Made by a program: the position numbers and the translations under genes. 7,754 bases of DNA from Octopus sinensis. Its lineage: Eukaryota. Shown in pieces: positions 6,454-7,754 of the stretch. The stretch lies in contig NW_021828759.1 of NCBI RefSeq assembly GCF_006345805.1, positions 1-7,754 on the forward strand, in the 5' to 3' direction. Below the pieces are notes generated by a model that was not told where the DNA came from, searched no databases, and saw only the letters and a list, made by a program, of their open reading frames with translations. The stretch's first letter is position 1; each line of letters begins with the position of its first letter.

Positions 6454-6513
<60 letters not shown>
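6300..6513. repeat. (TATC)n/(GATA)n microsatellite, ~50 units with a few interruptions
   Basis: Directly visible. Confidence 0.97.
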
Positions 6514-6730
6514 ATTCAAAATGTGACCGCGCGTGTACCGTTGGCGATTTTTTTCCTCTGTCTTCCCTTCTCTGGATCTTTCCTTCTCCTATGTTTCCGA
6601 CGAAGAACTCCGCTCGAAGCGTTAAAAACCCTCCTTCTTTCTTTCTTCCCTGAGCATCCAATAATACTATATTCGTTCCACGTCCCCGCGTTGTTGTGTT
6701 TTTTTTTGTGCTTTCTTGTTTGGATTTACT
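6514..6730 (+). mobile_element. Probable Penelope-like terminal-repeat fragment with a decayed hammerhead (6594-6626)
   Basis: TTT-CCGACGA-A-GAAC-TCC-GCTC-GAAG-CGTT-AAA has the same layout as 1212-1247, with core and stem II mismatches. The downstream CTGAGC..AATAATAC block is shared with 1161-1340. Confidence 0.45.
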
Positions 6731-6829
6731 ATATATATATACGCATATATACATACATGCAATAAACAAGAAACACTCTCTTCCTGATGAGGTCCTATGC
6801 AGCCCCAAAACAGCTGGGCTGTCTTACCT

Positions 6830-7070
6830 CAGGGAAGACCTGGATGGAAAGCACTCAGCATACAAAAAAAAAAAAAGAAAAGACCATGGCCGGAAGTTTG
6901 AAGACACGAAGCGCAATCTCTCTTGGACACAACACCACTACGTCACACCACACTTTGAAGTTTATGCGCTTGCACTCCAGGAACAGGAGATTGCCACAAA
7001 GTACCTGGGGAACAAGAGACACAGTGGCGCTCTTGTAATCCCAAGGTGCAACCGTATGTCTAGGCTATGT
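6830..7070 (+). pseudogene. Probable fragment of an RLE-type (R4/Dong-like) non-LTR retrotransposon ORF, region just before the zinc knuckle
   Basis: ORF 6696..7223 contains LSWTQHHYVTPHFEVYALALQEQEIATKYLGNKR...RCNRMSRL, resembling the W...E.....IQ(D/E)Q.I.T..Y.....CR.C block of R4/Dong-clade elements. This is from recall of the family motif and was not searched. Confidence 0.5.
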
Positions 7071-7100
7071 ATATCTATCTATATACATACACACACCTTT

Positions 7101-7357
7101 CTGTGTATTTGTTTATTGTGTTTGTCCTCAACAACCGCTTTGGAAACCGGTGTGGGTTTGTTTACGTTCTTGCAATTCAGTGGTTCGGCAAAAAGGACTG
7201 ATGGAAAAAATACCAAACTTTAAAAACAAAACCAAAAATATTAAAGGGAGTGATGTTTTCGGCTAAAAAAAGAAACACCAAAAAAACAAAGAAAATGGAA
7301 AACAGTGCTCCATGATGGCCGCCGAACAGTAACTTGAACAGCCAAAAGATGAAAGAG
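7101..7357 (+). mobile_element. Diverged 3' half of a SINE-type repeat
   Basis: TGTGTTTGTCC...TTTACGT...GTGGTTCGGCAAAA...AGTGCTCCATGATGGCCGC...AAAAGATGAAAGAG resembles the 3' segment that I recall following the internal microsatellite in abundant octopus SINEs. Not verifiable within the window. Confidence 0.45.
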
Positions 7358-7754
7358 TTAAAATCAAAATTTTATATTTCAATTTATAGAATTTGTTGTG
7401 AATAAATGACTAGAATAACACTTAAACGAATCTTGTTAGCGTTCAAAATCTAAATTAACGTTCGGCGCTAGAAAATGAAAAATTGTATTTTTATATCTAC
7501 CAAATGGTAGACGATACAAAATATACTGCTATTAATTAATTTTATTATATATAATTATGTTTAATGAAATACTCATTTAGTGTTTAGTAGTATTTTAATT
7601 AAACATGATAAAAATCGAACAAAGTTTTATTCATAACATCATGAATCTAGAAAATATTTTAATATAAATTAATTCACAAAAATATTTGAAGATAACTTAA
7701 TTAACTGAAATCTGGCGTGTAAGGTGAAAAGAGAGAATTCAGAACTTGTTGAGA

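Noticed and set aside
6147-6808. Long ORFs 6147..6653, 6268..6765 and 6506..6808
   Set aside because: They are read-through of (ATT)n, (TATC)n and pyrimidine tracts, with no recognisable domain.
6784-6823. CTGATGA...AAAACAGC-TGG-GCTGTC as a fourth hammerhead
   Set aside because: G12 of GAAA is missing, stem II pairs at only 3/5, and nothing directly after the putative cut pairs to form stem I.
7455-7520. GCGCTAG and the hairpin TCTACC-AAAT-GGTAGA as a Helitron 3' end or terminator
   Set aside because: The CTAG lies upstream of the hairpin, which is the wrong order, and there is no other support. Bacterial-type terminators are irrelevant in this DNA.
1-7754. CRISPR array or prokaryotic operon
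   Set aside because: No regularly spaced direct repeats with unique spacers. The content is typical animal repeat-rich nuclear DNA.

Overview
AT-rich animal nuclear DNA built almost entirely from transposable-element pieces and microsatellites. The SINE families look like those I recall from Octopus genomes, so the taxon is an inference. No host protein-coding gene, rRNA, true tRNA or CRISPR array can be supported, and most listed ORFs are read-throughs of microsatellites or repeats. Contents: five tRNA-headed SINE copies from three families (one nested in another) plus a sixth, lower-confidence copy and a probable SINE 3' half; a decayed hAT transposase and a 198-bp hAT-type MITE with target-site duplication (TSD); a truncated Tc1 left end; a ~185-bp fold-back MITE; a 5'-truncated Tx1/L1-clade LINE with (TATC)n on both sides; and a probable R4/Dong-type LINE fragment. 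Most notable: (1) a fully canonical minus-strand type I hammerhead ribozyme (1550-1613) in the loop of a perfect 76-bp inverted repeat, probably a Penelope-like terminus, plus two variant or decayed minimal hammerheads; (2) the Tx1 LINE may target (TATC)n/(GATA)n; (3) its last ~50 nt match the 3' tail of the SINE at 71-313, suggesting a SINE/Tx1-LINE partnership, while two other copies of that SINE carry different tails.
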